DNA from: Methanobacteriota archaeon
GTDB taxonomy: Archaea; Thermoplasmatota; E2; DHVEG-1
Direction of reading: 5' to 3'
Length of the DNA stretch: 64,000 nucleotides
Assembly (NCBI GenBank): GCA_963769885.1
Contig: CAVYNH010000007.1
Location: 160,001-224,000, forward strand
Shown here: piece by piece, positions 1-9,597 of the stretch
How the letters are laid out: the number at the start of each line of letters is the position of its first letter
How positions within the stretch are numbered: position 1 is the stretch's first letter
Made by a program: the position numbers and the translations under genes
The notes under the pieces: model-generated
What the model saw: only the letters and a program-made list of their open reading frames with translations
Told to the model about the DNA's origin: nothing
Databases searched by the model: none

Positions 1-1
1 C

Positions 2-127
2 GACAACGGCGCGATGATTGCCTGGCTCGGCATCGTCATGCACAATAGCGGTGTGCGGATGGCGCTGGCCGACAGCAAGATCAACCAGCGATTCAGGACC
101 GACATGGTGGAGGTCACCTGGCGATGA
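2..127 (+). CDS. kae1: Kae1/TsaD t6A synthase, C-terminal fragment (5' truncated by window)
   Basis: Manual translation [10 protein letters not shown]...[13 protein letters not shown]; ATGA overlap with bud32. Confidence 0.92.
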   Translation, partial: DNGAMIAWLGIVMHNSGVRMALADSKINQRFRTDMVEVTWR

Positions 128-747
128 CACAGCAAATCCTCTACCGGGGAGCAGAAGCCGAGATTCGCGTCTCGTCACACCTGGGAAAAGACGTGGTCCA
201 AAAACGCCGACTGCCCAAGCACTATCGCCTCCCGGAGATTGACCATGCGCTTATCGGCTACCGGACCCGGGAGGAATCAAAGCTCATCACCGAGGCACGT
301 GCTGCCGGCGTCAGCGTCCCCGTGCTCTACGACATCGACCTTCAAGGGGGAGTCATCACGATGGAGTACATCAGAGGCCGCCGCGTCAAAGACATCCTCA
401 ACACCCTCCCTGAACCCGAGCGAAAACAACTGTGCGTCCTGATCGGTAAAAGCATCGCCATGCTCCATAATCATGATATCATCCATGGTGATATCACCAC
501 ATCGAACATGATCCTAGCGGATAACAGAGTCACCTTCATCGATTTCGGCCTCGGCAGCAAAAGCATCGAGCTTGAAGCCAAAGGTGTCGACCTGCATGTC
601 CTCATGGAAGCCTTCGAATCCACGCATTCCCAGCGGCCGACCTGTTTCCAGGACGTTTTCGAAGGATACCAACAGGCGTTCACGGGCGACGCGGACGCGG
701 TCATGGGAAAAATCGAGGACATCGTCCGACGAGGGCGGTACCGATGA
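124..747 (+). CDS. bud32: KEOPS kinase Bud32
   Basis: [25 protein letters not shown] and RGRY motifs; follows kae1. Confidence 0.95.
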   Translation: MTQQILYRGAEAEIRVSSHLGKDVVQKRRLPKHYRLPEIDHALIGYRTREESKLITEARAAGVSVPVLYDIDLQGGVITMEYIRGRRVKDILNTLPEPERKQLCVLIGKSIAMLHNHDIIHGDITTSNMILADNRVTFIDFGLGSKSIELEAKGVDLHVLMEAFESTHSQRPTCFQDVFEGYQQAFTGDADAVMGKIEDIVRRGRYR

Positions 748-1298
748 AGCATATCACGTTCATCACCAGCAACAAAGGCAAGGTCGCCGAAGCCAGCGCC
801 CGGCTCGCACCGCTCGGCTACGCCGTCGAGCAGCAAGACCTCGGCTACCCAGAGATCCAGGCCGATTCCCTCGAAGAGGTCGCCCGGTTTGGCGTGGACT
901 GCGTCCACAAACGCCTGCACTCCGCCTTCTTCCTTGAAGACTCTGGATTGTTCATCACCAGCCTGGCGGAATTCCCTGGCGTCTATTCAAAGTACGTCTA
1001 TCTGACCATCGGACTGCCCGGCATCCTCCGCCTGTTAGAAGGAAAGGATGATCGGTCCGCCGTCTTCCAATCCGTCATCGCCTACGTCCAGCCTGACCAT
1101 GACCCGGAAATTTTCGTTGGTGATTGCCCCGGCTCCATTGCCACGGCGCAGCGGGGGACCGGTGGGTTCGGGTACGACCCGATCTTCATCCCACACGGAT
1201 GGTCGCAGACGTTTGCCGAGGTCTCACCACAAGTCAAAAACACAGTATCGCATCGCGGGAAAGCCATGGACCTCCTCGTCCAGTGGCTCTCGCACTAA
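744..1298 (+). CDS. rdgB: Non-canonical purine NTP pyrophosphatase (RdgB/HAM1)
   Basis: TSNKGK, EDSGL, GFGYDPIF, SHRGKA motifs. Confidence 0.95.
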   Translation: MKHITFITSNKGKVAEASARLAPLGYAVEQQDLGYPEIQADSLEEVARFGVDCVHKRLHSAFFLEDSGLFITSLAEFPGVYSKYVYLTIGLPGILRLLEGKDDRSAVFQSVIAYVQPDHDPEIFVGDCPGSIATAQRGTGGFGYDPIFIPHGWSQTFAEVSPQVKNTVSHRGKAMDLLVQWLSH

Positions 1299-1345
1299 AT
1301 CCTCGATGCTTATATAGGCGTGGCCGTTTTCCTTTCTCTGTTTTC

Positions 1346-2353
1346 ATGAACGCCATCGAGGTCCAGGACCTCTCAAAAACCTACCGAGGCAACATCAAGG
1401 CCATCCGCAGCCTCTCCTTCACCGTCACAGAAGGCAGCGTCTTTGGCTTCCTTGGCCCGAACGGTGCCGGTAAATCCACCGCCATCAAAATTCTTGTTAC
1501 CTTGATTCAAGCCACCGAGGGCACCGGCCGGATTTTCGGCGTGGACGTCGCCCGTCACCCCAAGGAGATTCGTCGGATGATCGGCTACGTCCCCCAAGAA
1601 CTCTCCGCGGACGGCTCCCTGACCGGTTACGAAAACCTCCTCCTAGCAGCGAAACTCTATGATATCCCACCAAAAGAACGGGAACAACGCATCGACGAGA
1701 TCCTCGAGATGATGGATCTCTCCGACCGAGCCGATAACCTCATCGACACGTATTCTGGGGGTATGGTTCGGCGATTGGAAATCGGCCAAGCCATGCTACA
1801 TCATCCGCGACTCCTCTTCCTCGATGAACCCACCATCGGACTGGACCCGGCAGGCCGCGTCCTTGTCTGGCACCAGATCCAAAAACTGAACCGCGACGAA
1901 GGCATGACCATCTTCCTGACCACTCACTACATGGAGGAGGCAGAGGCACTCTGCACCCAGATCGGAATCATCGATCGCGGGACGCTCTCCGCGGTCGGCT
2001 CCCCCGCCCAGCTCAAAGAAAAAGTCGGCGTCGGCACTATCCGAATCGAACTCAAAGCCGTCCCCACCCCAGAGACCATCCTCGCACAGTTCAAAGCACA
2101 CATCCCTGAAGCCACCCTCTCTTTCCTGGAATCGAGCATTATTGAAATCAAAATCGCAGACCCAGCTGAGTACATCACAAAGATTTTGGATGTACTAAAA
2201 ACCAATAATGTCATCGTAAGTGACATGGAGCTCCGCGGGCCGACCCTGGAAGATGTCTTCCTGCGGTTCACCGGCTCTCGTTTCGAACAGGCAGGCCCCA
2301 AAGAATGGAAATCGATCAAACAACGACGTCGCAGCGTCCGCAGGGCATCCTAA
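1346..2353 (+). CDS. ABC-2 exporter ATP-binding subunit (DrrA-like)
   Basis: GPNGAGKS, YSGGM, LDEPT; start moved to ATG 1346 (MNAIEV), in frame with track ORF. Confidence 0.92.
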   Translation: MNAIEVQDLSKTYRGNIKAIRSLSFTVTEGSVFGFLGPNGAGKSTAIKILVTLIQATEGTGRIFGVDVARHPKEIRRMIGYVPQELSADGSLTGYENLLLAAKLYDIPPKEREQRIDEILEMMDLSDRADNLIDTYSGGMVRRLEIGQAMLHHPRLLFLDEPTIGLDPAGRVLVWHQIQKLNRDEGMTIFLTTHYMEEAEALCTQIGIIDRGTLSAVGSPAQLKEKVGVGTIRIELKAVPTPETILAQFKAHIPEATLSFLESSIIEIKIADPAEYITKILDVLKTNNVIVSDMELRGPTLEDVFLRFTGSRFEQAGPKEWKSIKQRRRSVRRAS

Positions 2354-3123
2354 GCAGACCCTGGCAGAGCATCAACAAAACACTCATTATCTTCGAGTTC
2401 GAAGTGCGCAAGCTCCGCCACGACCCACTCGAGGTCTTCGTCCGGCTCATCCAACCGACCCTCTGGCTCGTTGTCTTTGGCACAATCTTCACCAGCTACC
2501 GCGCAATCCCCACCGGAAATATCCCGTACCTCGCATTCCTGACTCCTGGTGTGATGGCACAGTCCCTCCTCTTCACCGCTATCTTTTATGGGATTGCAAT
2601 TACGTGGGATAAAGACTCAGGCATCCTAGCGAAACTCATGGTCACACCCACAAATCGAGGGTCTATTGTTGTCGGAAAAGCCATGTCGGCCGGCGTCCGC
2701 GGGCTACTCCAATCCTCGGTCATCATCCTGCTTGCCTTAGCATTGGGCGTCGCTTTTGTGGTCGGCATCATAAACAGTGTGGCTGTCATCTTCGTCATTG
2801 TGCTGGCCTCGACCTGTTTCGCATGCCTTTCAATTGTCTTCGCCTCGTTCCTTCGGAGGCGGGAACGGTTCATGGGCGTCATCCAACTCATTACCATGCC
2901 GTTGTTCTTTGCAAGTACCGCCCTCTATCCTATCGAGGTCATGCCCGATCCCCTGCGATTTGCGGCGCAGTTTAACCCACTCTACTATGTCGTAGAATGC
3001 CTCAGGGCACTCCTCATCACCAATAACCTCACGTTGGTCCCTTATGACCTCGCAATCCTGTTGCTGTTCACGATCTTTTTCATCTTCGCCGGGATTTATG
3101 GTTTAAAACGATTAATGCAGTAG
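2305..3123 (+). CDS. ABC-2 permease (DrrB-like)
   Basis: About six hydrophobic helices, FLTPGV and NPLYY motifs, overlaps ATPase gene. Confidence 0.9.
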   Translation: MEIDQTTTSQRPQGILSRPWQSINKTLIIFEFEVRKLRHDPLEVFVRLIQPTLWLVVFGTIFTSYRAIPTGNIPYLAFLTPGVMAQSLLFTAIFYGIAITWDKDSGILAKLMVTPTNRGSIVVGKAMSAGVRGLLQSSVIILLALALGVAFVVGIINSVAVIFVIVLASTCFACLSIVFASFLRRRERFMGVIQLITMPLFFASTALYPIEVMPDPLRFAAQFNPLYYVVECLRALLITNNLTLVPYDLAILLLFTIFFIFAGIYGLKRLMQ

Positions 3124-3153
3124 AAAAGAGAAAAAAGAAGGCCCTGCGTTTTT

Positions 3154-4797
3154 TTACTTATTCAAGATATGACGCAGGAAAGAAAATGTATCAGGAAAGC
3201 GTTCCAAGAGCCAGTGCAAGAATCCCGCGAGGGTGAAGTGGTACGGCATGGTGACGGGTAAGTCCGCCCAATCACTCAATGCACCCTCAGTGTCTCGTGC
3301 CTGGACTCGTACAGTATACGATCCTTTTTTTGCCCAGCTGTGAGAACGAGTGATAGTATCACCGGATGGATACGGTCCGATCCAGCTACTATTGGATCCA
3401 TCCCCCCAGTCAATGAAATACGAGACATTATCCCCATCAGGGTCCGAAGTCGAGACCGTATAGTTGTATGTGGTCTTCGGCTTACCGTGGCTTGGTCCTG
3501 TGATCAGTGGTTGCTCGGGCGGATGATTTTGAGGCGGCTGGCTCGAGGGTCGACCGATGCCGACGACCGCCTGCGGTACGAGGTTCGTCTGGGACGATAT
3601 CCCAATCGCGGCGCGCAATCCCGGGATATCCGCGATATCCATGATGACGCTGCAACTGAGGTTCAGGCTCCCGGCTTCGAGGAGTGCATTATAGGAAATC
3701 GCTCCTGCCTCGTAATACCACCATGTTTGGTAGGTGGATGAACCGACGTTCGTATCGAGACATTCCAGGAGTATCCAGGGGGCTGAGGCGAGTGAGATGT
3801 TTGCAGCGCCGACCGCATTTTGGATTAAGGCGCGCTGGTCTCCGGACAGAATCTGGGTAAGGGAATGTGATTCTGGTAGGTACCTATAAACGGCTGTTTG
3901 GTTCGCCGCATAAATCTTGAATGGATATTTGTCTATGGCGCTAGGGAGCGTTCGATGGCGGAGTATCGTCGAAGTATGCTCTGTATTATATGAGAATCCG
4001 TAAGACGCCCATATTAGCTGTGATTCCTCATACTGGGAGAGCGACTGGTTGTCCCAAGCGTTAGTAATATGGCGGTTATCGATGGCTTGTGCAAGAGTCA
4101 TGGTATTGTTCTGAACAGCCGGTAGGTTCGTTAGGGGAAGTGGATTATAGGTAAACGAGGGAGGGGTTGTTGGGTGCCCGACGTGCATAATAATCTCGGG
4201 TTTTTGATCGGAAGGAAGTCCGAGTTGATTCAAGTCGTTGACGTTCATGCCGGTGGTGATGGCAGTGAGGCCGAGGGCGTTGGCGTCGAAGTAGACGCTT
4301 TGTGCGGTCATGCCGATTTCGGCCATGGCGTCTTTTTCATCGGGGAGGAGGGTCATGTTCCAGACCATGCCGAGCTTGATGGGGGCACCTGTAGCTTGAC
4401 CAAGGTTGAGGTGGTTGCCGGTTTTGAAGAGAATGAGGCTGTGGTTCTTGGGGTTGTAGGTGTAGGTGTTGTCGCTGCGGATGACGTAGATGACGGTGGC
4501 GTAGATGCCGGTGGGGCTGTAGATGGTACGGTTGCCGTTGGTGGTGATGCCGTAGCCGGCCCAGAGGATGGTGGAGAGTTCTTGGTCGGTGAGGTTTTGG
4601 CTGGTGTAGGAGCGTATGGACATGCGTCGGCAGATTGATTTTTCCATGATCGTGCCTGGGTCGATGGGTGGTGGGAGTTGGATATCTGTTTGTGTTTGTG
4701 GGGGTGTGGTGGCTTGGGTGTAGTTCAGGCAGGGTAAGGGGGTTATTAGTATGAGTAGGATGATTCCTACAAGGATGATGTGATGATTTTTCGTCAT
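3154..4797 (-). CDS. Secreted tandem nitroreductase/SagB-like protein with C-terminal PKD-like domain
   Basis: Signal peptide; RRMSIRSY..ELSTILWAGYG and SQLIWASYG..RTLPSA repeats; DPDGD..DWGDG module. Confidence 0.75.
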   Translation of the reverse strand: MTKNHHIILVGIILLILITPLPCLNYTQATTPPQTQTDIQLPPPIDPGTIMEKSICRRMSIRSYTSQNLTDQELSTILWAGYGITTNGNRTIYSPTGIYATVIYVIRSDNTYTYNPKNHSLILFKTGNHLNLGQATGAPIKLGMVWNMTLLPDEKDAMAEIGMTAQSVYFDANALGLTAITTGMNVNDLNQLGLPSDQKPEIIMHVGHPTTPPSFTYNPLPLTNLPAVQNNTMTLAQAIDNRHITNAWDNQSLSQYEESQLIWASYGFSYNTEHTSTILRHRTLPSAIDKYPFKIYAANQTAVYRYLPESHSLTQILSGDQRALIQNAVGAANISLASAPWILLECLDTNVGSSTYQTWWYYEAGAISYNALLEAGSLNLSCSVIMDIADIPGLRAAIGISSQTNLVPQAVVGIGRPSSQPPQNHPPEQPLITGPSHGKPKTTYNYTVSTSDPDGDNVSYFIDWGDGSNSSWIGPYPSGDTITRSHSWAKKGSYTVRVQARDTEGALSDWADLPVTMPYHFTLAGFLHWLLERFPDTFSFLRHILNK

Positions 4798-4946
4798 GGT
4801 TTTTCGTGGCCTCCTCTTTGGTGTGGTGTTTTATTATGGTTAATGATTTATTAAAGGTTTTCGAGGTTGTCTTATGTCGGTGCAGGACTGATGGAGAATC
4901 CGAGAAGACTAGTGTCTGTTGGGAGGGGTCTATTAGAAAATTGTTG

Positions 4947-4971
4947 AGTGCAGGGGAAGGGATTTGAACCC
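4947..4971. repeat. 25-bp copy of tRNA-Leu 3' end (att-like)
   Basis: AGTGCAGGGGAAGGGATTTGAACCC identical to 6340-6364. Confidence 0.92.
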
Positions 4972-5025
4972 CAGTTTACCGGTGAAAATATATGTTTTCT
5001 CCTATTGAAAAAAATTGTAAAAAGA

Positions 5026-6225
5026 TTAGTGTAAAGGCTCTGGAGGCACACCTTCAGGCAAAGATGGTTGTATATCAGGTGTTTCCCAATTATGAAGATT
5101 CTCAATGTTAACAAGAAGATACATAAAAACCGGAAGGGTAGTTTCCATCCAATGAACAAGATGGTCATGTTTACCCCCACCATCGCCTGGGTCATAATCA
5201 AATGGTAAAAAATCAACCGCAAATGAAGGTATACGAAATTCTTTGAAACACCAATCCTCTGCTGAACCACTCATATAAGGATTTAATTTATCTGCATTTC
5301 CTCCCTTTTTATATTCCGTATTCTTATCAATCCAGTCTTTTACGTAATTATAGACATATTGTTCCTGTTTTGGTATCTCAAAAGGTGGTCTAAAAGCATC
5401 CCAAGGGCTAAAAAGCATAAGACCAGCGGTATGACAGTTTAAATAAAAAGAAAAATCATTATTTTCAAGTTCTCTCATAAAATCCCTCATTGCCTGAGTT
5501 TCAGGCTCTGAAAAAGGATGGCGACCGCAATTTTCAAGATGTAATGGAAAACTTGGGAACAATTTATTCAAGAGTGTGAAATCTCGGGACCAATTGGAAG
5601 GGATTTCAGGGATTTTTATACGACCAAATAACTTACCCAAAGGTATAGCACCTCCTTTTATCCTACCGAAATCAATATCAAAATTACGATTCAAATTTAT
5701 ACCATTGTCATTATATCGGGAATCAGCCTGTCTCCCATCGGGATTTACAAAAGGAACGATGTACACTTCAGATGAATTTAGAATATGAGTAATTGTCTCA
5801 TTGGCATCAAAGTTAATGAGAAGATACTCGGCAAGATACAAACACGCCTCGCCTCCTTCCCATTCAGCACCATGGATACAACCATCAATAAGACAAGACG
5901 ATTTTATCGTATTGTTCTTCTCATTGGTTAACCTGATACACCAAATATCTTTTCCAAGAACACTTTTGCCAATAGAAAATACATTTACTAAATCAGGATA
6001 TTTACCATTAAAATCATTCAGCATTTCCATGGTGCTATAGTAATCGTGGTATTCTCCATCTGTCCAATTTGGAAGAAAAGAAGGTTGGTCCAATTGTGCT
6101 TCTGGTAGTACGGTTTCTGTTGATACTGCTGTTTTTTGTTCCTGATTAATACATCCAGTAAAGAGTACAGTGAGCAAAATACCACAGAGAAACAATGCGA
6201 GTAAATGAGATAATTTCTTATCCAT
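5026..6225 (-). CDS. M14 zinc carboxypeptidase, probable lipoprotein
   Basis: HGAE, NPDG, NLNRNF, SEPET, NCHT motifs; FTGC lipobox-like signal. Confidence 0.9.
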   Translation of the reverse strand: MDKKLSHLLALFLCGILLTVLFTGCINQEQKTAVSTETVLPEAQLDQPSFLPNWTDGEYHDYYSTMEMLNDFNGKYPDLVNVFSIGKSVLGKDIWCIRLTNEKNNTIKSSCLIDGCIHGAEWEGGEACLYLAEYLLINFDANETITHILNSSEVYIVPFVNPDGRQADSRYNDNGINLNRNFDIDFGRIKGGAIPLGKLFGRIKIPEIPSNWSRDFTLLNKLFPSFPLHLENCGRHPFSEPETQAMRDFMRELENNDFSFYLNCHTAGLMLFSPWDAFRPPFEIPKQEQYVYNYVKDWIDKNTEYKKGGNADKLNPYMSGSAEDWCFKEFRIPSFAVDFLPFDYDPGDGGGKHDHLVHWMETTLPVFMYLLVNIENLHNWETPDIQPSLPEGVPPEPLH

Positions 6226-6341
6226 TTTCTATTCCTTAGAATATTTGAATAAGTTTTATAGTATATAATTATATTTTCCTGTGAATTTTACCGGTAAATA
6301 GGTGTATGTATTAATTTTATATCGCATGTAATATAAAAAAG

Positions 6342-6426
6342 TGCAGGGGAAGGGATTTGAACCCTCGGACCTCTACAGGACAAGACTCTGAATCTTGCGC
6401 CGTTGACCAAGCTTGGCTACCCCTGC
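6342..6426 (-). tRNA. tRNA-Leu(CAG)
   Basis: Reverse complement folds as cloverleaf; CAAGA-TTCAGAG-TCTTG anticodon arm, long variable arm, GGTTCAAATCC. Confidence 0.95.
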
Positions 6427-6565
6427 GTCGTGGTATCCGCAAATCACTCATCCCTATTTTAGGTTGTCGCGGAGAAGGCTCGTCGACGAACGGGGGACGG
6501 TGGTGGTTTTTTTGTTGCGGTTAAGTATAAGTATTTGCTTCGGTATGTGCCTCTCGCTTCAGTAT

Positions 6566-6639
6566 GGCCCGAGTAGTGTAGCCTGGTAACATATGGGACT
6601 GTGGATCCTCTGTGCCGGGTTCAAATCCCGGCTCGGGCC
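6566..6639 (+). tRNA. tRNA-His(GTG) with encoded G-1
   Basis: GCCCGAG/CTCGGGC acceptor stem, CT-GTG-GA loop, GGTTCAAATCC. Confidence 0.95.
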
Positions 6640-6692
6640 TATTCAGCAATCCTTAAAAGCCCTTACACGCTTCCTCCTTAGCGTGATGCGAC

Positions 6693-7940
6693 GTGACAGA
6701 CCCGATCGATGAGCGGTTGAAGCGGGCCCGGGTCTATATTGAGAAGCTGAAGACGACCCGCGAAAACAAACGGCTCTTTTTTGATTTCTACAAACAACTC
6801 GCCGGTGGAGTAAAACCGCTCTCCCAGGTCCGCCAAGACAAATACCTCTACGCTTTTTCAACAATTGTTGAACTCCTGCCGATAGATTTTCGCCAGGTCA
6901 CGAAGAAAGACATCGAACGCTTCTGCATTGGTGTCAACACACTAACCACATCCAAAGGGAAGCGATACAGTGAATGGAGTCGGCGTGACCTAAAGATCAT
7001 CATCAAGCGGCTCGTAAAATTCATCAGGGAATCAGAAGGACAAGAGTTCGAGAAGCAACAGTATCCAAAAGAAGTCTCCTGCATCGAGATTAACATCGAC
7101 AGAAAAACCACGAACTACAAAAAGAAGCACCTTGACTGGGACGATATCGTGAAGATGGCCAGAGTCGCAAACAACCTTCGGGATAAGGCATTCGTGCAGT
7201 TCCTCTATGAGAGCGGGGCGAGAATCGGCGAAGTGTTAAGCGTTCAGATCAAGGATGTGACATTTAAACAGTCCTACGCGGAAGTCCAACTACCAGTGAG
7301 TAAAACAAAACCCCGTCCAGTGTACGTCAGCCGGAGCGCACCGGCTCTCAGCCAATGGCTTCACGAGCATCCGAAAGCAGGCGACCCTGAGGCTTTCCTG
7401 TTCTGCGGCCTGTGGTCCAAGAAGAAAGGCGACGGGATCAACTACCAGACGTTCCGATTCATGCTCCAGGGCCTCGCCACACGCGCTGGCGTCAAGAAAC
7501 CGGTGAACCCGCACCACTTTCGACATAGCAGGGCGACGGAGCTGGCGCACTCGCCGGATCTGACGAACGCCCAGCTCTGCCAGCTTATGGGTTGGGTTCA
7601 GGGAAGCCGGGAACTTAAAACATATATTAACGACGTTGACACCGAAAAAGCGATGCGGAAGATGTTTGGCATTGAGGATAAAGAAGAGGAGAAGAAACAA
7701 CAGAAGATCATCGTCTGTCCGCGCTGCGGCACTGAGAACAGTCCTGGGAGCGAGTTCTGTTTTAACTGCCGTCTGGGGCTGGATGATAACGCCGTCCTCA
7801 AGTATGAGGCTGCAAGTAAGGAGTTGCTAAAACAAACCGAGGACATCAAGACTCAGAACGATCTCGCTGAGGTCGTCGCGTCCCTGCAGGACGAGGTAAG
7901 GGAGTTGAAAGAACAAATCAGAAAAAAGAATCAGAAATAA
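6693..7940 (+). CDS. Tyrosine integrase with C-terminal zinc ribbon
   Basis: ESGARIGE, SKT, HHFRHS, MGW..TY catalytic pattern; CPRC..CFNC; adjacent to attL. Confidence 0.93.
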   Translation: MTDPIDERLKRARVYIEKLKTTRENKRLFFDFYKQLAGGVKPLSQVRQDKYLYAFSTIVELLPIDFRQVTKKDIERFCIGVNTLTTSKGKRYSEWSRRDLKIIIKRLVKFIRESEGQEFEKQQYPKEVSCIEINIDRKTTNYKKKHLDWDDIVKMARVANNLRDKAFVQFLYESGARIGEVLSVQIKDVTFKQSYAEVQLPVSKTKPRPVYVSRSAPALSQWLHEHPKAGDPEAFLFCGLWSKKKGDGINYQTFRFMLQGLATRAGVKKPVNPHHFRHSRATELAHSPDLTNAQLCQLMGWVQGSRELKTYINDVDTEKAMRKMFGIEDKEEEKKQQKIIVCPRCGTENSPGSEFCFNCRLGLDDNAVLKYEAASKELLKQTEDIKTQNDLAEVVASLQDEVRELKEQIRKKNQK

Positions 7941-8013
7941 CTACATATTACGTTATACATAATACGTTAAATATTTTTATAAACCAATAATTTATTCTAT
8001 TTTTGTGATTATC

Positions 8014-8187
8014 ATGGAAAACGAAATCGAAAAAGAAGGCCACTTAGAACCGCTTGATATCCTGAACTACCTTGACTATCTCTGCAATAAGAAGACAGTA
8101 GCGGAGTTACAGGCGGCGATACACAAGATCAAGGATGTCATCGAAGCAGACCGGGTCGGCCAAATGTGTGAAATCTTTCGACCATAA
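8014..8187 (+). CDS. Small hypothetical protein
   Basis: ORF after an AT-rich promoter-like stretch, followed by hairpin and poly-T. Confidence 0.55.
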   Translation: MENEIEKEGHLEPLDILNYLDYLCNKKTVAELQAAIHKIKDVIEADRVGQMCEIFRP

Positions 8188-8190
8188 ACC

Positions 8191-8217
8191 GGGGGAGACC
8201 AGCCCCCCTCTTTTTTT
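8191..8217 (+). terminator. Hairpin plus oligo-T terminator
   Basis: GGGGG-agaccag-CCCCC followed by CTC and T7. Confidence 0.6.
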
Positions 8218-8267
8218 ATTTCTATCTCGATTATTTATAATAAATCCTGGCGCGTTAATGTGTTCTC

Positions 8268-8370
8268 GAAGCGGGTGTGGCTATTCCCCGGCCCTTGAGA
8301 GGCCGCACGAGGGGCCGCCGTCACGCCTGGGGCAAACCCCGGCCCCCTTTGTACAAATGGGTTGTACATA
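8268..8370 (+). ncRNA. Candidate structured small RNA
   Basis: GC-rich multi-helix island in AT-rich DNA about 25 nt downstream of TTTATAATAAA. Confidence 0.3.
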
Positions 8371-8399
8371 GTACCTATAGAGGTCAATGATCCACTCTT

Positions 8400-9071
8400 C
8401 TATTTTTTTAAATAGCATTGAACAAACGCCATTTGAGGAGCCTCAAGGGATTCTTTCTTCTTAATAATTTTTTCAATTTCAAGCAACGACAGGAAAATCA
8501 ACTCTCGAAGATATTTAATTTTTTTATTGTCTTCCCCTCTATCCGTTCGCATCAGAGAGTTTCTTTCCTCTTTTGTCACCCCGTAAAAAACTTGATTAAA
8601 TTTAATCCCCTCTATTTCATCGTAAAAAGATTTAATCTCACTAAATTCGTATCTTTCTAAAATCTTTTTAACTATATATCGGGAGAGTTCTACCATTCCC
8701 TTTGAAGTGACATAATATTTTTTTCCTTTTTTGTGGACAAACCTTAGTCCTTTCTTGCTTTCACCCAATCGATGATTGAGATAATGATTTAGATGAGATC
8801 GATTGCCACTCTTAATTACGCCACAATACCGATTTTCACTTTTTTGATGAGTCTTAAAAAAATCTTCTATTTTTCTATAGTTATATGCCGTTTGAGGCTC
8901 GTTCTTAATTCGTTCCGGAGTCGCATATTCATCCATGAGAAGATAACGGAGATGCTTTGGTTCCAAACCATCATTAGGATTAACAGTGTAGCAAAGAGAC
9001 CAAATAATGCCTCTAACAATTTTATTATCAAAAACATCCCTGCTCGGTGCCTTTCTTTTCTTTTGTTTCAT
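8400..9071 (-). CDS. Putative winged-helix regulator (AT-rich)
   Basis: KKGKKYYVTSKG wing-like motif; divergent from RHH gene. Confidence 0.55.
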   Translation of the reverse strand: MKQKKRKAPSRDVFDNKIVRGIIWSLCYTVNPNDGLEPKHLRYLLMDEYATPERIKNEPQTAYNYRKIEDFFKTHQKSENRYCGVIKSGNRSHLNHYLNHRLGESKKGLRFVHKKGKKYYVTSKGMVELSRYIVKKILERYEFSEIKSFYDEIEGIKFNQVFYGVTKEERNSLMRTDRGEDNKKIKYLRELIFLSLLEIEKIIKKKESLEAPQMAFVQCYLKK

Positions 9072-9195
9072 TGAACCACTTCCTGTTTAAGGAGTAATAA
9101 TCAATTGTTTTCTCCTTTGTTGTAAAAGGTAATTCTATACTTATGACACAACTAATATATGCTGACCACTATTAACACTTGTGGCAGGTGTGTTT

Positions 9196-9417
9196 ATGCC
9201 AAAGAAAGAGATGACGAAAGGGCGCCTGTCCGTCTCTGTCGATAAAGAATTTATCCGAATCATCGACCAGACACGAGGAATCGCATCAAGAAGCGCGTTC
9301 TTGAACCAATTTTTCAGGCGGCATTTAACATTTCAAACTGCTGCCGAATTGATGAAACCGCTCCCCGTTGATGGGAAATTATCACCCCCAAAACGAACAA
9401 CGAAGGCGACTCAGTGA
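9196..9417 (+). CDS. Ribbon-helix-helix regulator
   Basis: RLSVSVDKEFIRIID..GIASRSAFLN pattern; GCAGGTG SD-like site. Confidence 0.7.
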   Translation: MPKKEMTKGRLSVSVDKEFIRIIDQTRGIASRSAFLNQFFRRHLTFQTAAELMKPLPVDGKLSPPKRTTKATQ

Positions 9418-9597
9418 ACTCCATTAACTTTTTCAAACGTGAAAACTGCCTGGAATGCGCCACGCCCTGCAAACAATCCGGCATTGAACTGATCAGCTGT
9501 CTTTTGACAAGAATAAGCGAGCTCAACGCTGAGATAAAAGACTTAAAAAAAGAGCTTGCGACGAGTTGAGATTGTTAATCCTGGAAAGTGATGTGAC

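Larger units (their letters stand above)
4947..6364. mobile_element. 1.4-kb AT-rich single-gene island at tRNA-Leu
   Basis: Bounded by 25-bp direct repeats; sharp GC drop; one gene and no recombinase. Confidence 0.75.

Noticed and set aside
1124-1345. 74-aa N-terminal extension of the ABC ATPase in the ORF track
   Set aside because: Overlaps rdgB and a TATA-like box near 1311; the family-typical start is ATG 1346.
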